Source: Octopus vulgaris
Lineage: Eukaryota
NCBI GenBank assembly: GCA_951406725.2
Contig: OX597817.1
Span: 109,430,001 to 109,494,000, forward strand
DNA length: 64,000 nt
Direction: 5' to 3'
A model generated the notes under the pieces. It saw only the letters and a list, made by a program, of their open reading frames with translations. It was not told where the DNA came from and ran no database searches. A program made the translations under genes and the position numbers. Shown here in pieces: positions 12,816 through 26,991 of this stretch. Positions within the stretch are counted from its first letter, which is position 1. Every line of letters starts with the position of its first letter.

Positions 12816-14704
12816 AGGAATCTAGTGGCGAGCTGATTACGATGCTCATAATATATTTCTAAAGAAATAATATCTCTCTTTCAGTTGCTGAAAGAAAACG
12901 TAAACCTCAAGAAATTGCTAGCGACTGTAAATGAGAAGGGAGATAACTTCCATATCCATACTTGCGCATTTTTGCCGATTATAATCCACGTGACGATGAC
13001 GAGGAAAGGTATTGGTACAAAGAGACTTGCTAACTATGAAATACTAAAAGGAAGTGTTCAATAGTTACATGATAATGCATTATCTTTTCTGTCTATTCTA
13101 TATTATGTTGTTGTTTTTTTGTCTATTCTATATCATTTCGCTACGTTACTGGTCAGATCACTTAACTAAAGTAACCCAATCTACAGAGCTGCAAGAATTA
13201 ATGAGGAGAAATAAAGCCAGCAACTGTAGGCTGGATATATTAAATTCAAATCCTGTATTGAACTGACATTCTTGCCCATATGAAGTTATCTCCCACTATA
13301 GTGAATAGGGCATATCTATCAGGTAAAGTAGAAATACATTAAATCCATATAAAGTTTTCTATTCAATATAGATTTATATAGATTTAAAGTTCTTCATAAC
13401 TGAGAGAAACTTCACCCAACTGACATCCACCAGATTTTATTTTCTGGAAATAAATGATTGAATAATAGAAATAAACGAATAAAGGAGACACTCCTTATAA
13501 AGGAGTTGTATCAGTAAGCGGAATCATGTTGAACCTGGAGCGCTGACCCAGATAATTTCATCTGACCAATCTGCCTAAACTTTCGTGACGTTGATGTTCA
13601 TGCACCGTGTTGCCCAAGACAACAAGTTCAACAACATTTTATGTGACTATGTAAGCTGTTTTAGTGGTGTGGATATTTCAGGCAGAACAAGCATACATTA
13701 TTTATAGTCGTCTGCAACAGACGATAAGTAAAACAGCTACAAATAATAATGATGTCCGACTAGCCGACGCTTATCTCTAAATGTACCTCCTCAGCTGCAG
13801 ACGACAACTAAGTAAATACTGGAAACATACATAAAGCTAAAATTATTATGAAGTTAAAGTCAATTTTCTTAAATAGGAAGATAACGTTACTTCAATTGAA
13901 GGATAAAATTGTCTAGTTGATGCATTATATTTCCAGCAGATTGTCACATTAAAATTTTTCTATCATTACGTACGTGCATTCATAATATCAATTTTACACG
14001 AATTTGTAAGCAAAAACTATGCACTTGAAGACTTCAAAAATACTACTTAATTTCATGTTGTTTGTGATAATGTCATGTAAATTTATCTTTCGTTCAGCTA
14101 TTCACATTATCTATAAAGTTAACTGCTTTTGTACATGCAATAATTCCCCTCCACGGCTTTAATGGCATGTAACTTTTAACACAAGTGAATATTCATGTCC
14201 TTCCGTCGGTATTTTCTTCCATTCAATTTTCAAAAATATTGCCAAAGCATATTAAAAGTTTTCGAATTTTAGTAAAAGAAAATAGCCCTGGAGAGATGTT
14301 TCTGAGGTGAATCACTATTGAGTTTCACTTAAAGCAAGGAATTTTGTGCTTCCATTTTCTTCCGTCTGTCACAAGAGATTTTATTCTAAACGTATATTAA
14401 TCATGTTCTCTTGCTCTCAGGTTACGAAATGTTTACTGGGAGTTTCCTCTCGCTTAAGAGCAGACAACTGCTGCTATACAAAAACGACGATTCACTCAAT
14501 ACTAGACAGACAACCATCGGGAAAGAATACAAGCTCATGAGAATTTTACTTTGATAACATTTGAAAACATCTTTCTGTAATGATAGTTTCCACCCACACA
14601 GTGCAATCTTTCTCTCAGACATAAACAAACTGAATGTGTGTTTGTGTGTGTGTGTGCGCGTGTGTGAGCGTGAGTGTGTGAGTGCGTGTGCGTGTTTGTG
14701 TGTG

Positions 14705-14736
<32 letters not shown>

Positions 14737-15721
14737 TACACATATTTCAAAGACGGTTCTCAAAAGTAATAACAGAAGGAATGTGTGTGCGTGTATGTGT
14801 GTATGTAAGTGTATGTATATATATATATATACACACACATGCACACGCATATACATTTATATATATATACATGTATATATATATGCATATATATGTATAT
14901 GTGTATATATATATACGTAGATACACATATGTACATACATACATACACACATAAATACATACATATACATACATAAATACATATATTTCAAAGAGGCGGG
15001 AATAATAATCAATAAAAAAAATTAACATATATCGCGAATATGTGCTCTCCAAAGTCCAATAAACATTATTCATTGAGAAGGAAACTGTGCTCATATGTAA
15101 ACAAACCGCAAACACCACACACTCACATACCTACACACCTACAAATAAGTACACGCACACTCAAACACCAAACACACCTGCGTGCGCAGACACACACACA
15201 CAAGCACACCTGTATAGAACTCATCTCAAAGAGATAAATAGAACAACTTGATTAACTTTTCGTCACATGCAAAAGTCTTCTATTAATGAATAATTTGTTT
15301 TAAGTTCATAGGATGGGGTGAGGGAACTGGAGAATATAGATTTATACATTTTCCCTTGTGGATTAGTAAATTAAGGAAGGCGAACAAGATAAAATGATAT
15401 GGTTTGGTTTGAAATAAACTGTGTAACATACCTGGTGTGTCTTATAAGAGAGAAAAGGGTTGTAAGTGTAACTAACACTAGAGAGCAGGGCGTGACCTCA
15501 GGTTATGCGAGGTGTAGCACTTTTAATTCCTGATTTTAATTAGTTCACTTTATTTACTATATTAGCGTTAATAAGAAGTGCACCAAGGGCAATCTTCTCC
15601 TCCTAAAGGTACAAGTTTCCTTCTTGAGTCAGATATCTATTTATTGTTATTTTCCTTGTGTAGAAAGTTGTGCATCGATATAAAATGGTTGATATGTAAT
15701 GTTAATATTTCATTAGTGGAA

Positions 15722-15940
15722 GGCGGCGAGCTGGCACAGACGTTAGCAAACCCGCCGAAATACTTTGCGGAATTTCGTCTGTTTTTATGTTCTGAGTTCA
15801 AATTCCGCCGGTGTCGGCTTTGCCTTTCATCCTTTCGGGTTCGATAAATTAAGTACCAGTCGCGTACTGTGGTCGATCTAATCGGCTGGGCTCCTCCCCC
15901 AAAATTTTGGGCCTTGTGCCTTGAGTAGAAAAGACTATTT
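15722..15940 (+). mobile_element. SINE family B, full length
   Basis: GGCGGCGAGCTGGCACAG...GCCTTTCATCCTTTCGGG...GGCCTTGTGCC tail. Confidence 0.9.
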
Positions 15941-15959
15941 CATTAGTGGGATTTACACA

Positions 15960-16348
15960 GGTGCATGCGTGACTGTGTGATAAAAGATCTGTTTCCCAAC
16001 TCCATGGTTCCGGATTCAGTCCAGCTGCACCGAACTTTGTGCAAGTGCGTTCTGCTAAAGCACTGGGCCGACCAAAGCCTTATGAGTGGATTTGGTAGAC
16101 GGAAACTGAAAGAAGCCCTCCGTGTATGCGTGTGTGAGTATCTATGCATGAGTGTCTTTGTGTTCGTATTTGTTCTTCATCAACACTTGAAAACCAGTGT
16201 ATATATCCTTGTAACTAGCGGTCCAGCCAGAACCCCGCCAGAATAAGTATCAGATAAGTACTGTGTAGAATCATTCGACTAAAACCCTTAAAAATTGGTG
16301 CCCAAGCTTGGCAAAGCGTGACTGAAACAAATAAACGGTAAAAGATAA
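15960..16348 (+). mobile_element. SINE family A, diverged
   Basis: GGATTTGGTAGACGGAAACTGAAAGAAGCCC core and GACTGAAACAAATAAACG tail. Confidence 0.8.
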
Positions 16349-17329
16349 ATTTCTCAAGGATAAATCTCACTGTATTTCTTTTATTTTAACTTTCAAAGAT
16401 GATGAATGGCAGTATAGTAACAGTCAAACAAAATACCTTGTGACATTTTTCTGACTTTCGATCATATTTCAAATCCCGCCAATATCGTCTTCACTTTTCA
16501 ACTTTCAGGATCGATAAAATAAAGTAGCAGCATGCTACAATTAATCTGATCGACTGCGCTCATCCCCACAAAATATATTCCTTGTTACTTATGTTACAAA
16601 TTAGACTGTGTTTCATTTAATTTTCATCTAAATTTGTCTTTAGTCAGTAATTGTTATTTCTAATTTACTTCTATCTAGAAACCAAAGGAAATTACTACTA
16701 TCCCTTCAAACCATGCTTTTCTGCCCTGTATATCAATGTTTTGAAAATGACCTATTTTCCATTACATTGCAGACACATTCAGCGCTGAGTCGCTGAAGCA
16801 GAAATATCGTTAGAGCAAATATTCTGCTCAATGCCATAGATTTGCTTGTCGATTGCTTAATCTTAACCGCTTGAACACTTTCTTTACTGGCTGACAAAAT
16901 GTGAAACTCTGATCATGAACAGGAGTAGTGGGAGAGCATCAAAGAATTAAGTTGAAAGGGATTCTTTGGTGTTTGAATAAATATTGCAACAAAAGCAAAG
17001 TTTCAAGGAAATATTAGCTATTTTTCATACTTTCCAAGAGTAAGCAAATAGGAAATAACAAATGCTACCCAAGAACAAACATCGTGTTATACCATATTAT
17101 TATTTTACATGTTTCAGTTACTTTGCAGCAGTTATGCTGAAGTACTGACTTCATAGGTTTTAACCAATTAAATCAACCTCAGTATCTTGTATAGTACTTA
17201 TGTCACCCACCCAGTGGAGTTGTATTATAACAATGAACTTAGGTATCATTTATTTTAGTGCATTCTACAGAGACATGTAAACACTGGGTACAAAAAATTC
17301 TTTCTCTGCGTAATCTGGATGAGAGGGAC

Positions 17330-17620
17330 ATTTATATAAATCACACATAAATTATCAAATGAAATAAACGTAGAATATTTACTACAAATTATTTATCAGA
17401 CTTCTAGTCGTTTCGATAACCGCTCATTTTGTTAACCGCTTTTTAGGAAGTTGGCATCACAATTTTCTATACAATTTAGAGTAGTGGCAATAAATGTTTT
17501 TATGACGTATCAGAGATGCTTTAACGAGAGCTAATAAACTGAACTCGAAAGAAGCCTTTCTAACCACATCAATGCGAAAACAAATCTATCTCAGAGAAAT
17601 TATAGAAAATATATTCAGAC
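17330..17620 (+). mobile_element. Possible decayed piggyBac transposase C-terminus
   Basis: Fragments SRFDN..., RSW..FLYNL/VVAINVFMTY and SKEAFL resemble the piggyBac VDRFDQ..RRW..F...D.A.+NA+..Y..SRR.FL pattern. Frameshifted. Confidence 0.3.
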
Positions 17621-17849
17621 AGCTCTACTGAAGAGATATGAATTTGAAAACTCACAGATTTTATTGCCAGAGATAAATTTTGAAAATGAATGTTTTCTCT
17701 TCGTTCATCCACTACTTGAAATTTGCAGCCTGTAAATCATACAATCGGTATATACCAGATAGTTAGATAAATAGATGGTTATAGAGGATTCATACTGAGC
17801 ATAAATGAAGTAAATAAACCTTCAACAATAACAGATTAAAATTCTAACA

Positions 17850-19144
17850 TACAAGGGAGATGACAAGTTCCGTAAAACTTGTAACACCATACTGGTACTT
17901 ATTAAAACTAGAGAATCGTCACAATACGACCCACAACTGTCCATGGCAAGTCCACGCTGATGAAGAAATAAAAAAAGGAAAGGTATTGAATTGGGATTCA
18001 TATGGGATGACTTTAATGCTCAGTTTGAACAAATAAGAAATGAGTGACGGATTGCTATCGGCTCAGTGTTGACATGAATGCTTGCAAGCAATGGATCAAC
18101 GTTCTTGAAAATGTGTGCGAAGTATGATTTCTGCGTAACTAAAATTTTATTTGATCATTAATTTGTACATAGGAAAACCTGAACATCTATGGGTTGTAAC
18201 TTTGAAAGTGAAACCAATTCCACCTCAGTCAACAGGCGATGTCATAAATGTTCGAAATATGTGTATGTTCAGAGGGGTAGATATTGGTCCAAATCACTGC
18301 GTATAAAGGTACTTATATTTAAAGTAAGGAATTTTTTTTATCTAAAACTGAAAGCCTTTCGATACTGGAAAACTTGTGTATTAAAAGCGTCACCAGAGAA
18401 TTGTATCCACTTAGCCTCAAGAACCGATAAACTGCATGAAATATAGAAAGATCAATATCATGGTAACTTCAAAGACATTATAACAGAGTAAACATATGAA
18501 GAAAGCGAGATAAACATTATGATTATTTGATATCATCATAAAAATGAGATGTTGTAGATAACAAAGAGAAATATATATCACTTGGCATAGGAGTAAAAAT
18601 GTTTTCCTATAAAGATGCAGATAAGTGGATTGTAGGTAAGTAAAGACCACAGAGATTTCAGTTACAAAAAATGGTTCAAAAGCCGTTAAAAGTAATGGAA
18701 TATTATCAGTAAAATGTCCTAAGATAGAAATGGATTAAAACAAAAGATAGGTTGTATATGCTAAAGTAGTGATAAATCAATCTCAGTTTGTTTATTGCTT
18801 ACATGTAAGATCTTGCAAAGATTTTCGCAAAGTTGTTTACGGAAATGTTTTTGGAGTAAATTCGGAAATATTTGAAATCATTGAAAATAGCAAAGCAGCC
18901 AATATAAATGGACTCGCTGGTGAGTTTGTTAAATATTGAATGGGAACCGTGGAGACAACGCTGCCAACGAATGTAACATAATCTGGTGTGATGAGAATAT
19001 ATCAGAAGAACAGATATTTCTTTTTGAAATTCTATTCGGACGTATTCATTGCATCGTAGATTCAGTAATGAATTGTTTAAGACCAGTATTTCGAAGACTT
19101 ATCAACCTACTGTCAAAACTAATTTGTTTACCATCTGAAATAGC
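17850..19144 (+). mobile_element. Decayed LINE (APE endonuclease plus RT N-terminus; RTE-like)
   Basis: MG/DFNAQ (about 18002-18022), NGSTFLKMCAKYDFCVT (about 18090), NSKAANINGLAGEFVKY (18886-18936, cf. GKAAG.DG+PAEF+K) and NCLRPV...LLSKL (about 19071). Confidence 0.7.
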
Positions 19145-21138
19145 TTAAGCACACTGATCATTAAACCATCTGTAGTCAGAATGTTGAATATCGTTATTAA
19201 AATATGTTCTTCTACTCTTTTTCAACTTGCCTATGAAAACCTGGGGAAATGCCTGGAGAAACCATGCATTATCTTCAATAACATAACATACTTGAGCTCT
19301 TTTCTGTTGTTGTTCCACGAATCCCTCTATTTGGCTTTTAACACTCACATCATTCTGTAATCTCATAATTTGCTTCTTTAATATTATTTTCTACTAATGG
19401 AAAAAGCCTGAAATTTAGTGGGATGTGGCTAGTGAATTACATCGACTCCACGACCCTTGTAAGGCTGGAAGGCAAATTTGACCTCGGCGGAATTTGTACT
19501 CACTACGTAAAGACGGACAAAATACCACTGAACATTTTGTGGCTTGTTAATGATTCTACGAGCTCGTTCCTTTGGTTTCTTTTAATATTCTTCATTGAAT
19601 TGCTATACAACTGCTCCTTGTCTACATCTAATCTACCGTTTACTCATTCACTCACATATCTGCTTCAAAATAAGCTTCTAAAACAAGCTTTTTTAGGCTG
19701 TGTATTACATACGTTTAGGTGTTGTTGGAAGAAACTGTCTTCTAACTGCCTTAAAACGCCCTAATGTTGGTGCTATGGTATTAAATTAGTAACAGGTATA
19801 TTGGAAATAATTGGAATATATTCCGTACGATAAAAGTTGAATATTATCTGCATTAGAGCAATTTGTTGTTGTTGTTGTTGTTGTTATTGTTTAACTTCAG
19901 TTTAACCCTAACCAAACAGAATTATGATCAATAACACTAGAGTCAAGACATAATAATCTTCTTTCCGCAACAGTGTATATTGGACTCCATTAAGCAACAT
20001 ATCTCTTAAGACATGACATGGTATGATAGAGATTTGGTTACAATGTTCAACCGGTCTTGCAGAGAGAGAGGGGTGAGAGAGAAAAAAGAAAGAAAGAAAG
20101 AAAGAAAGAAAGTTGCTAGCTAATAACAATGATATTCAAACCTTATTTTATTGAACCAATGCTATATTTCTTTCTAACATCCCCTACAATGGGCTTTAAT
20201 TACACTACAAGTTGAAATGTTTCAATTGAGGATACTATCCTCAACATAACTGGTCAGAACTAGTCGAGGGCAGTCAAATTTCTGAATATGAGAGTAGCTC
20301 ATTGGATGTATACTTCACTTGGCCTACATCTAGTTCATTGTTATATGTTGCACGTGTTTACTTTAAAAAGCATTGTAATATAGTGAACCAAAGTATGGAA
20401 CCATACTTTCATATGCAAATACATATTGTAAGCTCATAGTAATGTGTATTTTTTATGCTCCTAGATTATTTTATACATTGTTGTGCAGGCAAGTGTAAAA
20501 GTAACAAAAATTTTGCAAAACCTTTGGTCTTAGGTATGGCCATTAAGATGTTTCTTTCACAATAATGCCGTGTCTTTTAACCCGACCTGAGATACAGCCA
20601 AACCTTTTAAGTAACTTTTATAACAGGAAACACAACGGAAGTCTGACAGATAGGCTGTTCTTGTTCTCGTGAATAGATTTAACTCGTAGTCGAGCTTAAT
20701 ACTTGAGTGCTTTTAGCCGCAGAACATCTATTTTAAATATTTGTATCAAATCTGCGGACTAAGCTATCAAACTCTTCCTCCTTTTCTCATACTCATTTTA
20801 GAGACCCTTCCAAATGGTTATGGTTGTCATACTTCTACAACTGATTAAGCCACTAAAAAAGAAAAAAAAACTGTCTGCAGGAGAGGAAATGATGAATAAG
20901 TGTTAAGCATAATTCATTAATATTTTACAAACATATGAAAAAAAGTGAGAAAGAAAAGGTGTCACAATCGTTAAAAACAGATAAAAGAGATAACACAGTT
21001 CCGTTCACACCTACTATTTTGCTTCTAACTTACTTCTAACCTTCAATCATATGAAGCAAAATATTAAGTCTGTATACATACATGTGTACATACGAACAAA
21101 CATACATACAAACACACACACACACATACACACACACG

Positions 21139-21296
<158 letters not shown>

Positions 21297-21300
21297 CATA

Positions 21301-22074
21301 CTGGAATAATTACTATGAAGCATTGTGTAGAATATATTGTATAAAGGATCGTGGGTAAGGTCAGAACAATGCGAAGTAAATGCAAGGCAAATCCCGGATG
21401 GCTACCCACCGACTTTAGCTAAACAACGGCACCTAAAAGACATCAGCGTCAATAAACCCCGGAAGAACCATCATACTCTCAAGTCTGGCTCGTACGTCCT
21501 AAGCCTACCACACTTTGACAACAGAACTGCTGCACGAAGTCTGCAGGGAGGGACTCTACATACAGATAGTGCGCAGCGACCCTTCCCTGAGAAAAACTCT
21601 TTCCAAGAACAATACTTCTCACTACTCCGAGGTGTGCACATTATCGAACTGCCCCATCAATGACCCTGAATTGCGCCAGAGGATCTATGTTGTATACGAC
21701 ATCATGTGGCAAATATGGTGCATCCTATATAGGAAGCACAACAAGAAAGGTGCATATACGTATAAAAGAACACATGCAGACAGGCACTTCCATGAAGAAA
21801 CATCTGCGGAAATGCCAGACCCGGGAATTCACAGTACACATCAAGGCAACACAGCGGAACAGGGGCAACCTTAGAATCCCTGATGCCATCCTTATACACC
21901 AAAGGAAACCAACCATCAACAACAGAAGGGAGTTACAGGAAGCTAGCTGGTTGCTATAGTAACACCTTTCCGGGCATGTGAACTCCACACACGCTAACAC
22001 ACAAGCACATCGTCAACATTCATCAGCTTCTTGAAAATGGGGTCATAACTCCGAAATATTGAATGCGATGTAAG

Positions 22075-22075
<1 letters not shown>
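21301..22075 (+). mobile_element. Penelope-like element 3' part: linker, GIY-YIG and pLTR, flanked by (TA)n
   Basis: CTLSNCPINDPELRQRIYVVYDI, then a frameshift to SCGKYGASYIGSTTRKVHIRIKEH...KHLRKC...AILIHQRKPTINNRREL (ORF 21660-21959). An HHR-like motif follows at 22021. Confidence 0.85.
22021..22070 (+). ncRNA. Minimal hammerhead ribozyme, U3:A8 core variant
   Basis: catc-a-gc-ttc|TTGAAAA|t-ggggt-cata-actcc|GAAA|ta|TT|gaa-t-gc-gatg. Extended stem I, 5-bp stem II, about 60 nt after the GIY-YIG stop. Confidence 0.7.
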
Positions 22076-22165
<90 letters not shown>

Positions 22166-22266
22166 TAAAGGCGGAAGATGGAACACACGAAAATTTATAT
22201 TAATCACGCCAATTGTTTCTAATATATACATATATATACATATACACACACACGTGTGTGTGTGTG

Positions 22267-23488
22267 TTGGTTTGGCCAAAATGTCCATTCTGTTTTTGTT
22301 GATATTACACTTCAAACACTCAAAAATTGCTAATTTCAGTTTCTCCATTGTGCAAGCGCACTTAGATACTTGACACTAGAAGTGAACAAGCGATGAGACA
22401 TATTTTGTGTGCTTCTGATTGACCTCAAGTCAGGGGACCGAAACGATCATTATCGATACCTCATAGTTTTTAATTTCAACAAAGAAAAGAAATCGTCGGA
22501 AACCTATAGACAGAATGTGGTAACAGACCGTATATGCGAGAAGTGTTTTTTCATGATATTGATCAAGAAATGTTTTAGTCCATGAGGCGCTTTGAAATTA
22601 ACAGCGACAAACTGAAGGGGTTAGTTGGCGCCAAAGTCCGTTTTACGACCTGGATGATATTCTCCAATATATCCAAATCGAGTGTTGAATATTCTCCAAA
22701 TATCCAAATATTCAAATATTCAAATATCCAAATTGAGTATTGAAAAGCATCTACATCAACTTGGTTATGTCAGCAGGTTCAATGTTTTTGTTCCGATTCA
22801 ATTGAATAACGCCAACCTCGCCCAGCGGATTCGTTGGAAACACATGAAGAAAACAATCCTTTCTTGAAGAGAATGGTAACCTGATCCGAAAAGTGGATCG
22901 TCTATAACAATGTGAAGCGCAAATGATCATCATAGAAGCGCACCGAACCACGTAAAGAAAGAATCAAGGCAGGGCTTCATCCGAAGGAAGTTATGCTTTC
23001 TATATACGGACAGGACCATTAGTTAGAATGTGTACTGTGACGAACTGGACAGACTAAACGGAGTGATGTACCAGAAGCTTCCAACACTGGTTAATCGAAA
23101 GGACAGTGTCTTTCATCACGATAATGCCAGACTTCACAATTCAGTGTAGACGCGTCAGACTTACTGAGGTTTGGCTGAGGAGTTTTGCTGCAACCTCCAT
23201 ATTCGCCTAATCATGCGCATTCATATTTTCATTTGTTTTCATCTCTTCAAAATTCCTTAAATGGACAGATCTTCAACTTACCTTCAACTCTAAAGAGGAT
23301 GTGAAAATTCACCTGCAAGACTTTTCGGCGCTAAAGACAAGAAATTCTTTCAGCAGAGAATAATGGATCGGTACACAAAATTGCAGACGATACAACAACG
23401 AAACAGTAATTATATCACTGTTTGAATGAATCTCCTTTTTTAAAACAATTTAACTTAAAATTTCGAACGAACATTTGTCGAACAAAAT
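22267..23488 (+). mobile_element. Near full-length decayed mariner (DD34D) transposon
   Basis: HYRYLIVFNF, SIEKHLHQLGYVSRFNVFVP, PFLKRMVT, KWIVYNNVKRK, LHPKEVMLS, FHHDNARLH and PPYSPNHAHSYFHLF. Degenerate TIRs TTGGTTTGGCCAAAATGTCCATTC / CGAACGAACATTTGTCGAACAAA-TA. Confidence 0.9.
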
Positions 23489-23495
23489 ACGTACG

Positions 23496-23529
<34 letters not shown>

Positions 23530-23577
23530 TGTATGTATGTATGTATGTATGTATGTATATATATATCTATCTATCTT

Positions 23578-23625
<48 letters not shown>

Positions 23626-24228
23626 CATCCATTTGGGCAGCCGTTTATCCGTTCAGCCCAACGCTTATTATTCAAAATTACTATTTTCTCGATACTGGTG
23701 CTGATGGCTTTCTGAAGTACTGCAATATCAGATGTGTAAGAGGATCACATGATACTCAGATGGTGCCGCTTACAATGCTGATAAACCTTTTCAGTTTTTT
23801 TTATATAATGCTTCTAAGCTATCCCCGTTTCACATACGTATAGGAGGACTGTAAAAAGGCAGGCATCATTCACAGCGTGCTTTATATCTCGTGTTACTCC
23901 AAGTCACGAAGAAATCAAGTTAATTTTTCGAGGGTTCTATCGCCTTGCACACTGTTTTACATTTGTGCGGTGTAACTTGCTAGTAAGCTAGTAATACGAC
24001 CAGAGATGTTAACATACATGAATACATAACCTAGCTAGTGATGCCAGGAGACAGTTGAAATAACAAATCTGTGAACGTACTTTGCAGGACAGAAGCTGAG
24101 CTGAAAAACCACTTGCATGCACTTCAATGAGCGATGTTTGATGACAAGACGGCATTCTTCTGAGGATAAGCAATCAGCATATGCACACATACACACGCAC
24201 ACATATATACATATGTATGAACATACGC

Positions 24229-24307
<79 letters not shown>

Positions 24308-25090
24308 TATATATATATATGCATACATATGTACATTATGCACCATATAGCGTAACCAAGGATTGAAATTAATTTAAATATTACAAATCTCGCTGCGGGT
24401 GAAATATGAATCTACACAAATCTATTCTCTGTTGTAGACGTGTGTGTGTGCGTGAGGGGAAGAGAGAGTGTGTGTGTACGCAAACACACACACTCACATA
24501 CGCTAGCACAACCTCACACACACGCAATCAATATTTCTAACATTTGAATATGCATAATATGGCATACCCCTGCGATGTCTTTATCAGTGAGCAAACAAAA
24601 AGAGCATCTAATTAAGAATTATAATTTACATAACGAAGATAAGACTTAACTGATGCATTGCTGTTTATTTTCATACAGTGTTCTTTGTTTCAAACTTTTA
24701 CAAACAAAAATGATAGAAACATAGAAATATGTCTTAACATGTAGAGAGAGGTTAGAAGACATCTAAATGTTAATGATGCCGAATACATATCAATGCATCG
24801 AGGAACTACCACATTTGTCACAGAGTACTCGCTATCATTGACGTATTATGAAACTGTTTGACTTTCAGAAGTGTAGCATAATGAAATATAATGAATAATA
24901 TAAGCCGAATAAATGGATTCAAATATCTGAACAATTGAAGTTCAGATATATGAACAAGTATAAACATTAGTACCCGGGCATAAAACTGTGTTCCAAGTAG
25001 ATATAATTGTGTGACTTTTATATGTGTGTATGCGTGTGTATTTGTGTAATATATTATATATGTATGTATATATATATATATACACATACA

Positions 25091-25132
25091 TAATACTGAT
25101 GAGCTTTAATTCCCTGCAAAACTAGCTTGTTA
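25091..25132 (+). ncRNA. Decayed minimal hammerhead motif
   Basis: taata|CTGATGA|gc..gc|AAAA|ctag|ct|tgtta. Stem I is 5 bp (one GU) and stem III is the palindrome CTAG. GAAA has become AAAA at a CpG. Confidence 0.45.
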
Positions 25133-25214
25133 ATGTTGTGATCTCGCTCGCTGAGGGTCGATTATCTCCCCTGTGACTACATAGACAATGTGCTTTTTTG
25201 TGGCTATAAGGGTA

Positions 25215-25535
25215 GTCATTTGTCTGCAGCCATGCTGGAGCACCGCCTTTTTAATCGAACTTTTTGCCGAACTGCTCTACTAAGGGGACGTAAAGACACC
25301 AACATCAGTTGTCAAGTGATGGTAGGTGAACAAACACAGACATAAAAACAAACACATATAATTATATACATATACATATATACGACGGGGTTCTTTCAGT
25401 TTCTGTCTACCAAATCCATTCGTAAGGCATCGGTCGGCCCGAGGCTATAGTTGAAAGTGCCACGCACTGAGACTGAATCCAGAGCCGTGCGGTTGGGAAG
25501 CATGCTTCTTGCCACACATCCACGCCTTCGCCTAT
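25215..25535 (-). mobile_element. SINE family A, diverged
   Basis: CCATGCTGGAGCACCGCC...ACGACGGGGTTCTTTCAGTTTC. Confidence 0.85.
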
Positions 25536-25564
25536 GAATTAAATGTTTCCTTCTCGTGCCATTC

Positions 25565-25783
25565 TCATGAGGGCCGGTTTCCCGATTTCAATGGCGTATA
25601 TAATCCCTACTTGGACGGGACGCAGATCTGACGCAAAATTACTCATTTTTGCCAGCTAAGTAGACTGGAGGAACATGAAATGAAGTGTTGTGCTCAAGAA
25701 CACAACGCGTTGACCGGTCCAGGAACCGGGATCACAATTTCACGATCATCAGTCCAACACTCTAACCACTAAGCGACGCGCCC
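25565..25783 (-). mobile_element. tRNA-derived SINE family C
   Basis: Reverse complement of CTTAGTGGTTAGAGTGTTGGAC...GTTCCTGGACCGG...TTGTGTTCTTGAGCA. Confidence 0.75.
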
Positions 25784-25881
25784 CAGCAAGGCCACAGCTC
25801 GTGAGCTGAAACTAGATAAAATAAAATAAAATAAAATAAATAAAATATATGTATGTATGTATATATGTATATACATGTATG

Positions 25882-25971
<90 letters not shown>

Positions 25972-25996
25972 TACATATATATATGTATGTATATGC

Positions 25997-26340
25997 ATTC
26001 TTTTACTTTTTGGCTTGTTTCAGTCATTTGACTGCGGCCATGCTGGGACACACCCTTTTTTAGTCGAACAAATCGACCTCAGGACTTATTCTTACTACTT
26101 ATTCTATCGGTCTATTTTGCCGAATCACTAAGTTACAAGGACGTAAACGCACCACAATCGGTTGTCATGTGATGTTGGGGAGACAAACACAGACACACAA
26201 ACATATACACACACAAACACATATATACATATATATATATACATAATAGTAGATAACACTTGCCCAAGGTGCCACGCAGTGTGACCGAACCCAGAACCAT
26301 GTGGCTGGTAAGCAAGCTACTTACCACACAGCCACTCCTG
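25997..26340 (-). mobile_element. SINE family A with internal deletion
   Basis: Tail at 26000-26050 and head at 26257-26340. Confidence 0.85.
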
Positions 26341-26946
26341 ATGCAGATACACGTATATATGTGTATTTCCATGTTTCTAAGTGTTGAGAGAGAGAGAGAG
26401 AGAGAGAGCAAGAGGGAGAGAGAGAGAGAAGAATTATTACAAGCGTCAATGTAATATATTACATCTTGAAGGCAAAGTGTTTACATAAATTAAGTAGAAT
26501 TGGTTGCCCCAGAATAGCTTTAGCTGCAATCACATTACATTGCACATACACACACACACATACACATACACACACAACCACACACACACACACACACACC
26601 ACATATACATACCAAGTCTCATACACGTGCACAGACACTCATATATGCATCCACATATCCCCTCATATATATATTCATATAAACATGTATGTATATATTT
26701 GTGTATATAAGTATGTATATATGTAAATATGTAAATATCTATATATGTGTATATATATACATGTGTGTGTGTATATATATATATATTTACATATGTGTGT
26801 GCATATATATTAATGTGTGGGCGCGTGTGTGTGTGTGTGTGTGTGCCTGTGTGTGTGTGTCCAACCGTGTGTATCTATGTTTATAATTTTAACAAAGTCG
26901 AATATTTACTATAGGCTTTCGATAATGTTTACATTACTATTCTTGC

Positions 26947-26991
<45 letters not shown>

